Origin: Chloroflexota bacterium
Lineage (GTDB): Bacteria > Chloroflexota > Anaerolineae > Aggregatilineales > UBA3940
Length of the DNA stretch: 52,862 bases
Assembly: GCA_010092775.1 (NCBI GenBank)
Contig: JAADYZ010000093.1
Coordinates: 1 to 52,862 of the forward strand
Direction of reading: 5' to 3'
A program made the translations under genes and the position numbers. Shown here piece by piece: positions 1-9,626 of the stretch; position 1 is the stretch's first letter, and every line of letters starts with the position of its first letter. The notes beneath the pieces were generated by a model. It saw nothing but the letters and a program-made list of their open reading frames with translations. It was not told where the DNA came from and searched no databases.

Positions 1-470
1 ATCTGCTCCTCTCTAATTATCGCGATGTGCTTAGATGGCAGCAGCGAGGCCGAACGCAGTTGGCCGGGCCCACTTTGCAACCTCACAGTGCCAGTGCTGG
101 CTAGCGCAGCAGTAGCCCCAGTGATGCCAACGTATACTGTCGGGTCAGGGGCCATCACAACTTCGATCCCTGCGCCTTGAATAGTATCCTGCAAGCCACT
201 TAAAGGTAGCCAGTCTGCCTCCCAGACCAGTGCGCACGCTTGACCTGCTAGCAGGTCAAGAACCATCTGCGTAGCAGCTTCATCACCTTCGGGTTGATAG
301 ACAACCGCACTGAGGGCCTCCGCCTCTTTGACAAATCGATCCAACAGGGCTTTAGGATCTTGCTCCGTCAACGGGGTCATGGGTAGGCGCTTGGCAGATG
401 GAGCTTCGATATCAGCGAAGGGCTTAGCCGCCTCACGCAGCGACGAAAGAATGTGATCACGACTGCTCAT
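1..470 (-). CDS. lutC: Lactate utilization protein C (LutC-like); N-terminal ~156 codons, C-terminus runs off the window
   Basis: Not in the ORF track because it is open at the window edge. Manual translation from ATG 470-468 gives MSSRDHILSSLREAAKPFADIEAP...LRSASLLPSKHIAIIREEQ. The start overlaps the lutB stop (457-459). Gene order is lutA-lutB-lutC. Confidence 0.7.
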   Translation of the reverse strand, partial: MSSRDHILSSLREAAKPFADIEAPSAKRLPMTPLTEQDPKALLDRFVKEAEALSAVVYQPEGDEAATQMVLDLLAGQACALVWEADWLPLSGLQDTIQGAGIEVVMAPDPTVYVGITGATAALASTGTVRLQSGPGQLRSASLLPSKHIAIIREEQ

Positions 471-1866
471 TGTTGCGCTCCTTCCATAGTTGATGGAATG
501 TCTTCGGAGCAAATGTGGGGAACTCGCGGTGATCTGTCCAGCCACTAAGAGGGCGCGGCAGCATTTTCTCGATGGGCAGGGCACGCAGCGTGATAGACGC
601 GGCTTTGCTACCTAGCATAAAAGCCATCTGAGAGGTCATCCCGCGCATCCATGCTTGCATGCCGACATCGAACCTGATGTCGCTGACCCCCATCTCAACC
701 AGATCATGCCGGAGTTCGAGCAGCATGCGAGGAATGTCGATATCGACTGGGCAGGCCTCTTTACATGCGCCACATAGGCTGCTGGCGTGTGGCAGCGGAG
801 AAGCGTTTTCTGGACCGTTGAGGAGCGGGGTTACAACTGATCCGATTGGGCCAGGATAAACCCAACCATATGCATGCCCACCCATCTGCTGATAGATGGG
901 GCAAGCATTCAGGCAAGCTCCACAGCGGATGCAGGCCAAGGCTTCGGCATAAGTGCTGCCATAGATGCGACTGCGACCATTGTCAACGAACACGACCACG
1001 ACGTGTTCAGGCCCATCGGGATCATCAGGGCGACGTGGCCCATTGATCATGTGATTATAGACAGTCATCTTCTGGCCAGTGGCGCTTCGTGAAAGCACTT
1101 GGGCCAACATCGCATAAACTTCGAGGCTTTCGATCACCTTCTCAATACCGACAACTGCGACGTGTACGTGCGGCATTGTGGTGACCATCCGGGCGTTGCC
1201 CTCGTTAGTGGCCAGGCAGAGGGTCCCCGTCTCCGCAATGACGAAGTTGCCACCGGAGATACCCATGTCTGCGGTGAGGAAATCCTCACGCAGCACTTGC
1301 CGCGCAAAGCGAGCCATCTCGGCAGCTTCATCCGTAAGTGGCATATTTATCTTCTCCACGAACAGATCGCGGATGCTCTCTTTGGATTTGTGGATTACTG
1401 GGGTAACGATATGGCTAGGAGCTTCTTCACTTAATTGCAGAATGTATTCACCCAGATCCGTCTCGACCACTGTGATGCCCGCCTCTTCCAATGCATGATT
1501 GAGGCCGATTTCTTCGCTGAGCATGCTTTTGCTCTTAACGACTTTTTGCACCCCATGCTCATTAGCCAACTGCTGAACGTGGGCGCAGGCTTCGGCTGCA
1601 TCCACCGCCCACAGGACCGTTACACCGTTTTCGGTCAGTCGTTGCTCTGCCAGCTCCAGCAGATCCGGGAGGCCCATCAGCCCCCGGCGGCGCGCATAGG
1701 CAGCGTGCTGCCGCATGGCTTGGCCGTGCTCTGGGCTAGTCTCGCTCATCGTCGAGATGCGCCCATTATAAGCTTTTCCAGTAGCCTTCTTTACGGATTG
1801 ATACAGTGTGTCATCTTGCAGTGCGATGCGTGCCGCGTCAATAAACTGGTTAGCTTGCAGCTTCAT
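457..1866 (-). CDS. lutB: Lactate utilization protein B (LutB, 4Fe-4S iron-sulfur protein)
   Basis: Two ferredoxin-type motifs, CIRCGACLNACP and CGACKEACP. Start trimmed to ATG 1866 (MKLQANQF...), which is preceded by GGAGG. The longer ORF-track start would overlap lutA. Confidence 0.9.
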   Translation of the reverse strand: MKLQANQFIDAARIALQDDTLYQSVKKATGKAYNGRISTMSETSPEHGQAMRQHAAYARRRGLMGLPDLLELAEQRLTENGVTVLWAVDAAEACAHVQQLANEHGVQKVVKSKSMLSEEIGLNHALEEAGITVVETDLGEYILQLSEEAPSHIVTPVIHKSKESIRDLFVEKINMPLTDEAAEMARFARQVLREDFLTADMGISGGNFVIAETGTLCLATNEGNARMVTTMPHVHVAVVGIEKVIESLEVYAMLAQVLSRSATGQKMTVYNHMINGPRRPDDPDGPEHVVVVFVDNGRSRIYGSTYAEALACIRCGACLNACPIYQQMGGHAYGWVYPGPIGSVVTPLLNGPENASPLPHASSLCGACKEACPVDIDIPRMLLELRHDLVEMGVSDIRFDVGMQAWMRGMTSQMAFMLGSKAASITLRALPIEKMLPRPLSGWTDHREFPTFAPKTFHQLWKERNNEQS

Positions 1867-1870
1867 AGAG

Positions 1871-2641
1871 CTACCCCTCCTGCTTAATGGCTCTAGCCAA
1901 TACATCGGCGATGTGCAACATGCGCTCGCCGCGATGCTGTTTGGCCAATCCCCCATTGATGTGAACGATACAACTGATGTCGCCACCCAGGACTTGCGCT
2001 GGGGTTGAGCAGATCGCGGCGGTCTTCTCATCCAACATCGCGCCGCTGATCTCAGACATCTTGACGCTAAACAGGCCGCCAAAGCCACAGCAGACGTCTG
2101 CGGCAGGCAGTTCGACCACCTCAGCGTTTTCGATGTTGCGGACCAGCGTGCGGGCCGCCGACTTCAAGCCCATATGACGCAATCCATGACAGGAGTCATG
2201 AAAAGCAAAGTTGCAGGCTTCGGCGAGCTTGCCGCCCAAGTCCGTTACACCCAAGCCCTCTACAATGAACTCGGTAAATTCCCAGGTGATGCTGGCAAGT
2301 CGCTCGGCTTGTGTCAAACGCTCACGATCATCGGTGAATAAACGCGGAAATTCATGGATAACCATTGTCGCACAAGAACCTGACGGCGTCACAATGACTT
2401 CCGCATCATCAAAGATATCCAAATAGTGCTCAGCCACCTGCCGCGCTTCGTGCCAGTAGCCGCCGTTGAAGGCGGGCTGTCCGCAGCAAGTCTGTCCTTT
2501 GGGGAATACCACCTTGCAACCTAAATGCTCCAATACCTCGACCGCAGCCATGCCAGTCTCGGGGTGCAGTGTGTCGATCATGCAGGTCACGAAAAAGGAG
2601 ACGGTCTTGCCTCGTGGATCGTCACGCTTCAAACTTGCCAT
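1871..2641 (-). CDS. lutA: Lactate utilization protein A (LutA, CCG-domain Fe-S oxidoreductase)
   Basis: Motifs FFVTCMIDTL, QTCCGQPAFNGG and VCCGFGG. Start trimmed to ATG 2641 (MASLKRDD...), just after the upstream gene's stop at 2658. Confidence 0.85.
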   Translation of the reverse strand: MASLKRDDPRGKTVSFFVTCMIDTLHPETGMAAVEVLEHLGCKVVFPKGQTCCGQPAFNGGYWHEARQVAEHYLDIFDDAEVIVTPSGSCATMVIHEFPRLFTDDRERLTQAERLASITWEFTEFIVEGLGVTDLGGKLAEACNFAFHDSCHGLRHMGLKSAARTLVRNIENAEVVELPAADVCCGFGGLFSVKMSEISGAMLDEKTAAICSTPAQVLGGDISCIVHINGGLAKQHRGERMLHIADVLARAIKQEG

Positions 2642-2657
2642 AAGATTGCCTTCCAAC

Positions 2658-4883
2658 TCACTTAAGTACGATTTCAACATCATGGGTTCCGTTTCGATGA
2701 TCGAGACGGCGAGTAGGCCAAGCCTGACCATCGACCATGATGTGGGCGATGCGCCCGGTGCCCGTCCATCTTAGATCATAGACAGCGTCGTGATAGCGCA
2801 AGCCTAGGAAACTGGTCAAGGGGTAGGCACTGAAGGGTTTCGGATCAAAGAGGTGCCAGCCCTCGTGCGTGTAGCGCAAGCCATAGTGCAAGTTAATGAT
2901 GAGCGAAAAATAGGGGGCGTTATCCCAGATCCGACCTGCATGAGTGTGCGGATAGAAGGGCATCTCCCAATCTGGGCTACCCGTGATTCGATAGGTACCA
3001 AAAGGCCACTCAGTCACCGGGATGCCACCGGCCAACGCCTGACCAAGTATCACTTGCAGAAGCCTCTCAGCATTGGGCAGGTTATAGCGCTGACGGACCC
3101 CCACATCCAAGAAGGCGATGAAATTCTGCTGATAGAACGGGGGGAAAGTAGCACCGCCTCGCCCCCAAGCGTAGCTGTACGTCGTGTCGATCCATTCAAT
3201 AGCCTGCTCAATCCGCTCTTCGTCGTCGAGGAGACCAAGCCAAATTGGAAAGATCGTCTCATATAATGCAAACTCCGTCCGCGGACGCCCCTCTTCTTCA
3301 GGATCGCCATAGACCCAGCTCTCTGTGCGCGGCGAAAGCAAATGCGGCGGTTTGTGATCGATGTGGTTAATGTAGGTCTTGCGCTCTGGGTGCCAAAATC
3401 CACCATCCTGGTAATCGCGATTGGCCTGCTTTTTCATACGCACCGCGGCCTCGCGATAGGATTGTGCGCTGTCGGCTTCCCCAAGTGCATCAAGGATCTC
3501 GCTGAAGCGCGACAACGCAAGAACACATTCCGCCGTATAGTATGGCTCTTTGCCTACCAAAACGCCTTGAGCATCCCATGTGCCAGTCGTGATAGGCAGC
3601 GCCTCCCCAGGGCGGATACGACTTAAGATGAAGTCAGCGCATCGTTGATACAGCGGGCGGTGGGCGTGAGCAAAATGGATGTCACCGGTTAGGCGGAAAT
3701 GCAGCCCACCAAGCATCAGAAGCTCCGGAGCAGCGTCATCCCAGTAGTCTTCGGAGGCGGGTGGGTGCTCTGGCACCAATCGACTGATAAAACCGGGCAC
3801 GGGGCTCTTGTCGCGATGGTCACTCTGGCTGTACTTTTCCAGCAGTTGAATGTACTCCGCAGCCAACGCAGCCACCCCTATCGGATCAACGTTCGAGAAC
3901 GACTCATAGCCAAAGGTTACATCGCGGGTCCATGCGTCCAAATAAGCGGCCACTTTGCCCATCAACACATTGGCACGTGGGGCTCGTAGATTACCTTCAA
4001 GAAGTCGTAGATTGAGCGGCAGCGTGCCCAAGATCATCTGATAGAAGAACGCGCCGAAGTCAGCGGATACATCAGGGATACGAAACGGCAAGCGCCCCTC
4101 GAAATGGCGCGCAACCTGCACGATCCCTTGATAGATCGTGATTTCAACGTCACCTAACTCGTCCGCTTCCCAGGTCATTTCCCATGTATTGCAGCGGGTT
4201 CGATCCTCTTCGCTGGCTTGTCGCTCGGGCTTGTTGGGGAGATTGCGCAGCCCCTCTGCTTCAGGGGGCATCTCTCCTGCTTCAATCTCCCAAACTGGGG
4301 TACCAGCCACAGCAGGCATTAAGATATCGGACTTCTTAATGGTGATTTGGCCAGGCCGCGAAAACTGGAGCAACAAGCAGTTACGTGGATTAACCGAATA
4401 AAACAGCAGCTCGCGCTCGCTGGGGCAAGTTAAGTCGCGACGGTTTTCATCACCAATGCCAGGAACTGCACCGTTGATGATTTGCTCAGCTTTGCCTGTG
4501 TGCCAAAACTCCAAAATAGTGGACTGACGTGGAACACGCAGCCGCAAGCTAATCTTCTCATCTGACTGACGATGCCAGACGATTTTCTGCTGATCTGAGT
4601 CTGCGGAGACATGCCATTCTTCTGAGTGGCTTTCCATCTGCGCGGTCCCACCCAGGATGTTGTCAGCCACTTTTTCGGCGTTCCACGATAGGGTGTCAGG
4701 GTCGGTCATGAAGCTCGCCACAACATGATTGTAGGACCGGCGACCGTCGCCAAGCGGAACAGCATAAACAAAGCTGCTGGTGTCATTTGCCACGATGTGA
4801 AAGTTGCGCGTATCGAGTAGTTCTAGTGGTCCTGCTTCAGTAACGGCCAGCGCGATCTCATCATTGAGATGCAAAATGCTCAT
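2658..4883 (-). CDS. Uncharacterised 741-aa protein. Coding status is firm. It may be an (alpha/alpha)6-barrel glycoside hydrolase, family not assignable by eye.
   Basis: Long uninterrupted ORF, 12 nt downstream of the GH38 gene and 16 nt upstream of lutA. The C-terminal half has helix-rich GH-like segments (YYTAECVLALSRFSEILDALG...FWHPERKTY). No signal peptide. Confidence 0.45.
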   Translation of the reverse strand: MSILHLNDEIALAVTEAGPLELLDTRNFHIVANDTSSFVYAVPLGDGRRSYNHVVASFMTDPDTLSWNAEKVADNILGGTAQMESHSEEWHVSADSDQQKIVWHRQSDEKISLRLRVPRQSTILEFWHTGKAEQIINGAVPGIGDENRRDLTCPSERELLFYSVNPRNCLLLQFSRPGQITIKKSDILMPAVAGTPVWEIEAGEMPPEAEGLRNLPNKPERQASEEDRTRCNTWEMTWEADELGDVEITIYQGIVQVARHFEGRLPFRIPDVSADFGAFFYQMILGTLPLNLRLLEGNLRAPRANVLMGKVAAYLDAWTRDVTFGYESFSNVDPIGVAALAAEYIQLLEKYSQSDHRDKSPVPGFISRLVPEHPPASEDYWDDAAPELLMLGGLHFRLTGDIHFAHAHRPLYQRCADFILSRIRPGEALPITTGTWDAQGVLVGKEPYYTAECVLALSRFSEILDALGEADSAQSYREAAVRMKKQANRDYQDGGFWHPERKTYINHIDHKPPHLLSPRTESWVYGDPEEEGRPRTEFALYETIFPIWLGLLDDEERIEQAIEWIDTTYSYAWGRGGATFPPFYQQNFIAFLDVGVRQRYNLPNAERLLQVILGQALAGGIPVTEWPFGTYRITGSPDWEMPFYPHTHAGRIWDNAPYFSLIINLHYGLRYTHEGWHLFDPKPFSAYPLTSFLGLRYHDAVYDLRWTGTGRIAHIMVDGQAWPTRRLDHRNGTHDVEIVLK

Positions 4884-4895
4884 TGGTGTCTCCTG

Positions 4896-7800
4896 TTAAG
4901 GTGCCTCTACGATGGCAAAGCGCACGCGATAGGTTTTGATCTCATAGGGGGCGAGGGTGATGGTCAATTCAGCGCTAGCTATTGGATCGGCCTCTGGGCG
5001 CTCAAGTAGGTCACAAGGCTGCCAGCTTCCAACGGGATAGTCACTGCTGAGGGCGATCGGGCCGCGCGCGCCGCCATATTCATGCAGGCGCAAGATGACG
5101 CCGTCGCCATCCTCAGCCAGCTTAATTGTGTCGATCACCACATACCCACCACGCACCACAAAGAATGAGGATAAATCACCTCGGCCTTGCCAAACAGGCA
5201 GCGGGTTGTTTAGGAACCATGCTTCTTGAACCGTCTTACCCTCTACCCAATCGCCTTGATGAGGGAGCAGCGCATAAGTAAAAATATGCTTCCCTTGATC
5301 GTTAACAGTTTTTCCATCTGGGTTGATAGCAGATTTGATCAGCGATAGACGCATCACATTGTTGTGGATGTCGTAACCATACTTACAGTCATTGAGTAGA
5401 CTGACACCATATCCGCGCTCGGAGAGATCGGCCCATTGGTGAGCGCACACCTCAAAGCGAGCGTAATCCCAACTGGTGTTCCAATGAGTGGGGCGCTTGA
5501 GGTTGCCAAATGCAATATCGTATGTTGCCTCTTTTGCCCGAATATTGACGGGGAATGCGACCTTCAGTAGCTGCTGCCGTTCGTGCCAATCGACCTCTGT
5601 TTCAAAATCAATACGGCGTCGACTAGCATAGACTATCATGTTCTGGGTCAGCAATGAGTCTTGATACTGCCACGTAAAGCGAACCACCATGCGCAGTGAG
5701 TTGTTTTCGATGACCTCTATTTGTCGGAGGTCTGAGACGGTTTCTGTTTTTTGTTGATAGAAGAGGTCAACATCCCAAGCATCCCAGTTGAGCGGTTTGT
5801 CCTCAAACACCTGTAGCTGATTGGCTAAGCTATCCGGAGCTAGCACTTCACGCTCAGCATCCTTATCAAAAAGCCGCGTAAGCTGCCCCTGGTCGTTCCA
5901 ATTTATAATGTAGAAGGGTGTCTCGATCCCTTTGTCGTGTATCGCAAATGAAGCGTCGGATGTGGTAGCCTGCGCGTCCGCTTTGTGGCAGATAGTCGTT
6001 GCACCCAATGCGGGTACATTTGCCATCTCGACGAGCCAACCGGTGGCGGTTTTGGCGCAATTCAATGATTGTTCGTTGATATCGACCCAACGTCCCGCAT
6101 CTGGACCACCATCAATGTAGACCAGGCCACTGTATTCCCAGGTGGCCATGTTGCAAACAGTGTACTGTTCGGTAGTCGTGCTGTCGATCAACGCGTTCAG
6201 GGCCTCCCTGTGTACAGCTTCACCAATCCGGAAAGCCTCGGCATAGTGGTCTTCGCTATCTTCGTACACTTCTGGAATGGAGGAACCTGGCAGCACATCG
6301 TGGAATTGCTTGAGCAACACGAGCTTCCATCCATCTTCCAGCCGATAGGCTGGATAGGCTGCCTTCTTGCTCAAGTATGCCAACGTGCTCAAGATCTCCG
6401 CATCGCGGTAGAGTAATTCCGCCTTGCGATTGAGGCGCTTTATGCGAGCTTGGCTTGTGTAGGTCCCCCGGTGCATCTCTAGATACAGCTCACCGTCCCA
6501 AGTAGGCACAAAGGGATCAGCATCGCGGAGATGGGCTGCAAGTTCGTCGAAGTAGTCGATCACCTTACTGAGCTTGACGCGTGGAACAGCGGGAAGGCGA
6601 GGGAGTCGCCGCGCCATCTCCAGCGACTCGCGGTTTGGACCGCCGCCGCCATCACCGAAGCCGTAGACAGCGATAGGATTGAGGTTGGCTTCCTTAGCTG
6701 TATAACGCTTCCAAACCTGAGCCAGTAGCCCAGCATTGACCTTCAAGTAACGGTCCACCGAATCGAACCGTGGATCCACTGTCAAGTGAGTTAGAATACT
6801 TGTGCCGTCGATGCCCTTCCACCAGAACAAGTCGTAGGGAAAGGTGTTGTACTGCATCCAGCTCATCTTGCCACAAGAGAAGTAATCGACACCAGCTTTC
6901 TTCATGATTTGAGGCAGAGCAGCGGTGTAACCGAAGGTGTCGAGCAGCCAAACCACACGACTTTCGATGCCAAACGCCTCTTTGATGAAGGCTTTGCCAT
7001 ATAAGAGGTGCCGCACCAATGATTCACCAGACGGCATATTGGCATCTGGCTCTAACCACATAGCCCCTTCTGGCTCCCAGCGTCCTTCTTGGATGCGTTC
7101 GACTACCTGCTGGAATAAGTCTGGATAGTCATCTCGCAGTGCAGCCAACAGTACTGGCTGCGTTTGCAGGAATAGATACTCTGGGAAGTGTTCCATCAAG
7201 CGCAGCGCTGTAGCGAAAGAGCGAGCGACCTTTTCACGAGTGTGATGCAATCGCCACAGCCATTCCATATCAATATGTGTTTGGCCAATCAATGTAACCG
7301 ATGGTTGACGCTTCAAATCTTCTTGGGGCAGGACAGCGTGTAAACCCTCAACAGCCGTGGCCAGGGACGCGTAGAAGCGCTCGGAGTTGGGTTTCGACCA
7401 ATCAACCTGCTGATAGGCTTGGTCTAGTACATGCAGCAACCTATGGCGTTCAAGGTGGCTCTCGTCCAGTTCTTTGATCACATCCAGCACGGCCATGCTC
7501 CAATAGAACATGTCATCAGCCGCTTGATCCAATAAAGCAATATAGGCCCGTTGGAAAGTATAGCTACGCTCCCACATGCCAGACCAAACGCGAAAGTTCA
7601 GTTCCAAGGATTGACCAGCGACATCTTCAGGAAACAGCACCTCACGGTGATTGGCGTCGATCCCTTGGTAGACCTTACCCTCCAGAAAGAGCAGCCCTTC
7701 GATCCCCATTTCGAGGCCGCGCTCGGTCCAGCCACCATATTGCGAAAACTGGAAAAAGCCTACAACCTGCTGACCAGCCCACTCGCCAGGCACATCAACC

Positions 7801-8012
7801 GTGACGCGCAGCCAAGCATAGGCATCAACGCCGGGGTCCCAATGATCGCCAGGGTGAAAAGGAATCCCCTCAAACTGCGCGGGAGGCCGAGCGCCGATCT
7901 CTCTGGTATGGTCGGCCATTATCTGGAAAGCATCAATCGGAATGAGCTGCCGATGGCGATACGGTTCAAGCTCCAGAAAGCGTGCTTCAAGTTTCTCAAG
8001 GGTCTTGAACAT
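4896..8012 (-). CDS. GH38 alpha-mannosidase (cytoplasmic, MngB-like)
   Basis: GH38 N-terminal signature IGQTHIDMEWLW. Also VWLLDTFGY and FGDGGGGPN. 1038 aa, no signal peptide. Confidence 0.9.
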   Translation of the reverse strand: MFKTLEKLEARFLELEPYRHRQLIPIDAFQIMADHTREIGARPPAQFEGIPFHPGDHWDPGVDAYAWLRVTVDVPGEWAGQQVVGFFQFSQYGGWTERGLEMGIEGLLFLEGKVYQGIDANHREVLFPEDVAGQSLELNFRVWSGMWERSYTFQRAYIALLDQAADDMFYWSMAVLDVIKELDESHLERHRLLHVLDQAYQQVDWSKPNSERFYASLATAVEGLHAVLPQEDLKRQPSVTLIGQTHIDMEWLWRLHHTREKVARSFATALRLMEHFPEYLFLQTQPVLLAALRDDYPDLFQQVVERIQEGRWEPEGAMWLEPDANMPSGESLVRHLLYGKAFIKEAFGIESRVVWLLDTFGYTAALPQIMKKAGVDYFSCGKMSWMQYNTFPYDLFWWKGIDGTSILTHLTVDPRFDSVDRYLKVNAGLLAQVWKRYTAKEANLNPIAVYGFGDGGGGPNRESLEMARRLPRLPAVPRVKLSKVIDYFDELAAHLRDADPFVPTWDGELYLEMHRGTYTSQARIKRLNRKAELLYRDAEILSTLAYLSKKAAYPAYRLEDGWKLVLLKQFHDVLPGSSIPEVYEDSEDHYAEAFRIGEAVHREALNALIDSTTTEQYTVCNMATWEYSGLVYIDGGPDAGRWVDINEQSLNCAKTATGWLVEMANVPALGATTICHKADAQATTSDASFAIHDKGIETPFYIINWNDQGQLTRLFDKDAEREVLAPDSLANQLQVFEDKPLNWDAWDVDLFYQQKTETVSDLRQIEVIENNSLRMVVRFTWQYQDSLLTQNMIVYASRRRIDFETEVDWHERQQLLKVAFPVNIRAKEATYDIAFGNLKRPTHWNTSWDYARFEVCAHQWADLSERGYGVSLLNDCKYGYDIHNNVMRLSLIKSAINPDGKTVNDQGKHIFTYALLPHQGDWVEGKTVQEAWFLNNPLPVWQGRGDLSSFFVVRGGYVVIDTIKLAEDGDGVILRLHEYGGARGPIALSSDYPVGSWQPCDLLERPEADPIASAELTITLAPYEIKTYRVRFAIVEAP

Positions 8013-8024
8013 TGACGCGTGCTC

Positions 8025-9242
8025 CTATTGATCGCGACGCGGTGGTGCAGGCGGCATCTGCGGATGGTTGGGGCCGAAATGCTTCAGGATCACCAAGGGT
8101 TCCCAATGACTGCGGTTGGTGACCTCGACACCTTCACGTGCGGCTTGCTCGCTGACAAAGTATTCATCGCCGCTTAGCTGCCCGTAACGCAGCATGCCCG
8201 CTGACTCAGCTTCGTAAACCCCAAACTGACCATGGCCTTGGATGATGATGCAACCATAGGCGGCCTCGTCCTTGACTGTGACTGTCTGACCAGGCTGAAC
8301 CGTCAATTCGGTTGCACCAAAATAGTCGTTGCCATATACGATCCATTTGGTCGTGTGCTGTTCATCCGAATGATCGGCAGTAATCGGTGGGCGGAAGTAG
8401 TGCTGCCGATAGTGCGGATCGACGTTCTTCTCCCAATCCATGAGCGCCATAATCGCATCAACATCACGCTTCTTATCGTCGGGCAGGTTCTCAACCAAGA
8501 ACTCATAGGGATAGACCTCCCCATCGGTGACGTTCTCGTAGACAGAGTTGACATCGCTGTTCAATTGTGGTTCATAGGTCAGCACCGAACCTGGGGCGTG
8601 CAGCACACCTGGCGGCGTGTACCAGCCTGTACCTAATTGAATACGAAAAGCACGCGACAACTCTGTGATGCGATTGTCTTCTGCTTCAAATTGAAGTAGA
8701 CGCTCGCGGACTTCTTCCTTCGTCACAGACGGATCGATTCCAAAGAAAGTATGCGGGAATTTCCCCAGTGTGTTGTTGAGCTGCGGTGGAAAGTAGTAAG
8801 CTTCTGGCTTGCCCAGCCGGCCCACCAGTGAAGCTGCTGCGTCATCCAAGTGAAGGTGGAAAAAGAGTGGCGGCTCATAGTCAAAAAACTTCGAGTACAT
8901 GGGCCAGGTGCCATAATCTTGATGCAATTCATCGCCAATCACGGCAGCGCCTAGCTCCTCAATGGCATCTCGCAACAAGAACCGATCTTCTGTATCGGTT
9001 GACGCCGAAACGTAGCTCAAGCCTTCATCGGGCGGAGCCAGGGGACCGTTCATCGCAGGGATAATCGATGAGAACCAACGCTCTTTGATGGACCCTCGCT
9101 GAGTGCCCAAGGCATAATAGTCATGTGGGTGCAGCCGCAGGCGGCGTCCTGCTTCGCTGAAGCGGCGTGGGACGAAGTTAGGCACCATCCGGAAGATGCC
9201 TTTACCCCTATCAAAGGTGGCTTGAATTTGTGAGGCACTCAT
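8025..9242 (-). CDS. Cupin-fold sugar isomerase-like protein (type I phosphomannose-isomerase-like)
   Basis: PMI-like ligand pattern: FFHLHLDD, KPEAYYF, VLHAPG. Start trimmed to ATG 9242 (MSASQIQ...), preceded by AAGGAG. The longer ORF would overlap rhaM. Confidence 0.45.
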   Translation of the reverse strand: MSASQIQATFDRGKGIFRMVPNFVPRRFSEAGRRLRLHPHDYYALGTQRGSIKERWFSSIIPAMNGPLAPPDEGLSYVSASTDTEDRFLLRDAIEELGAAVIGDELHQDYGTWPMYSKFFDYEPPLFFHLHLDDAAASLVGRLGKPEAYYFPPQLNNTLGKFPHTFFGIDPSVTKEEVRERLLQFEAEDNRITELSRAFRIQLGTGWYTPPGVLHAPGSVLTYEPQLNSDVNSVYENVTDGEVYPYEFLVENLPDDKKRDVDAIMALMDWEKNVDPHYRQHYFRPPITADHSDEQHTTKWIVYGNDYFGATELTVQPGQTVTVKDEAAYGCIIIQGHGQFGVYEAESAGMLRYGQLSGDEYFVSEQAAREGVEVTNRSHWEPLVILKHFGPNHPQMPPAPPRRDQ

Positions 9243-9283
9243 GCGGTGCGCGCTCCTTGGTGATGAAAAGGTATCGAGGTCAA

Positions 9284-9625
9284 CTAGTCGATATGGAAAA
9301 TCTCTGCAAGAGGGGTCCACAAGTCATCGTCTGGGTCGTCAGTAGTGCGACCATCTAGAGACATTTGTAGCGCATTGGTCAATTGGGCCCACTCACGAGA
9401 TTGAGGGCTTTCGCTGACGCGTGCCAGGTCTGCCTCTAAATCCTCGCCCCAATACTCATAGTACATGAACAACATATTCGCATGATGAAAGATAGTCGAA
9501 TTGTGCAGGTTGGCAGCCCGCATCGCATCGACCAATTCAGGCCAGATACTGTCGTGAAGGCGCTTGTATTCATCAAAGGCGTCGGGCTTAAGACGCACTA
9601 CTTGACCAAAACGCTGAGTTGGCAT
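9284..9625 (-). CDS. rhaM: L-rhamnose mutarotase family protein
   Basis: 113 aa. RFGQVVRLKPDAFDEYKRLHDSIWPEL resembles E. coli YiiL/RhaM ([26 protein letters not shown]). Confidence 0.85.
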   Translation of the reverse strand: MPTQRFGQVVRLKPDAFDEYKRLHDSIWPELVDAMRAANLHNSTIFHHANMLFMYYEYWGEDLEADLARVSESPQSREWAQLTNALQMSLDGRTTDDPDDDLWTPLAEIFHID

Positions 9626-9626
9626 C

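Noticed and set aside
457-2088. Long N-terminal extensions given by the ORF track for lutB (to 2088), lutA (to 2731), the PMI-like gene (to 9320), the RraA-like gene (to 12551), araB (19366), the SDR (48165) and the kinase (43039).
   Set aside because: The extensions overlap the preceding gene or the promoter region, add non-homologous sequence and lack SD sequences. Internal ATG or GTG codons with SD-like motifs give canonical N-termini.
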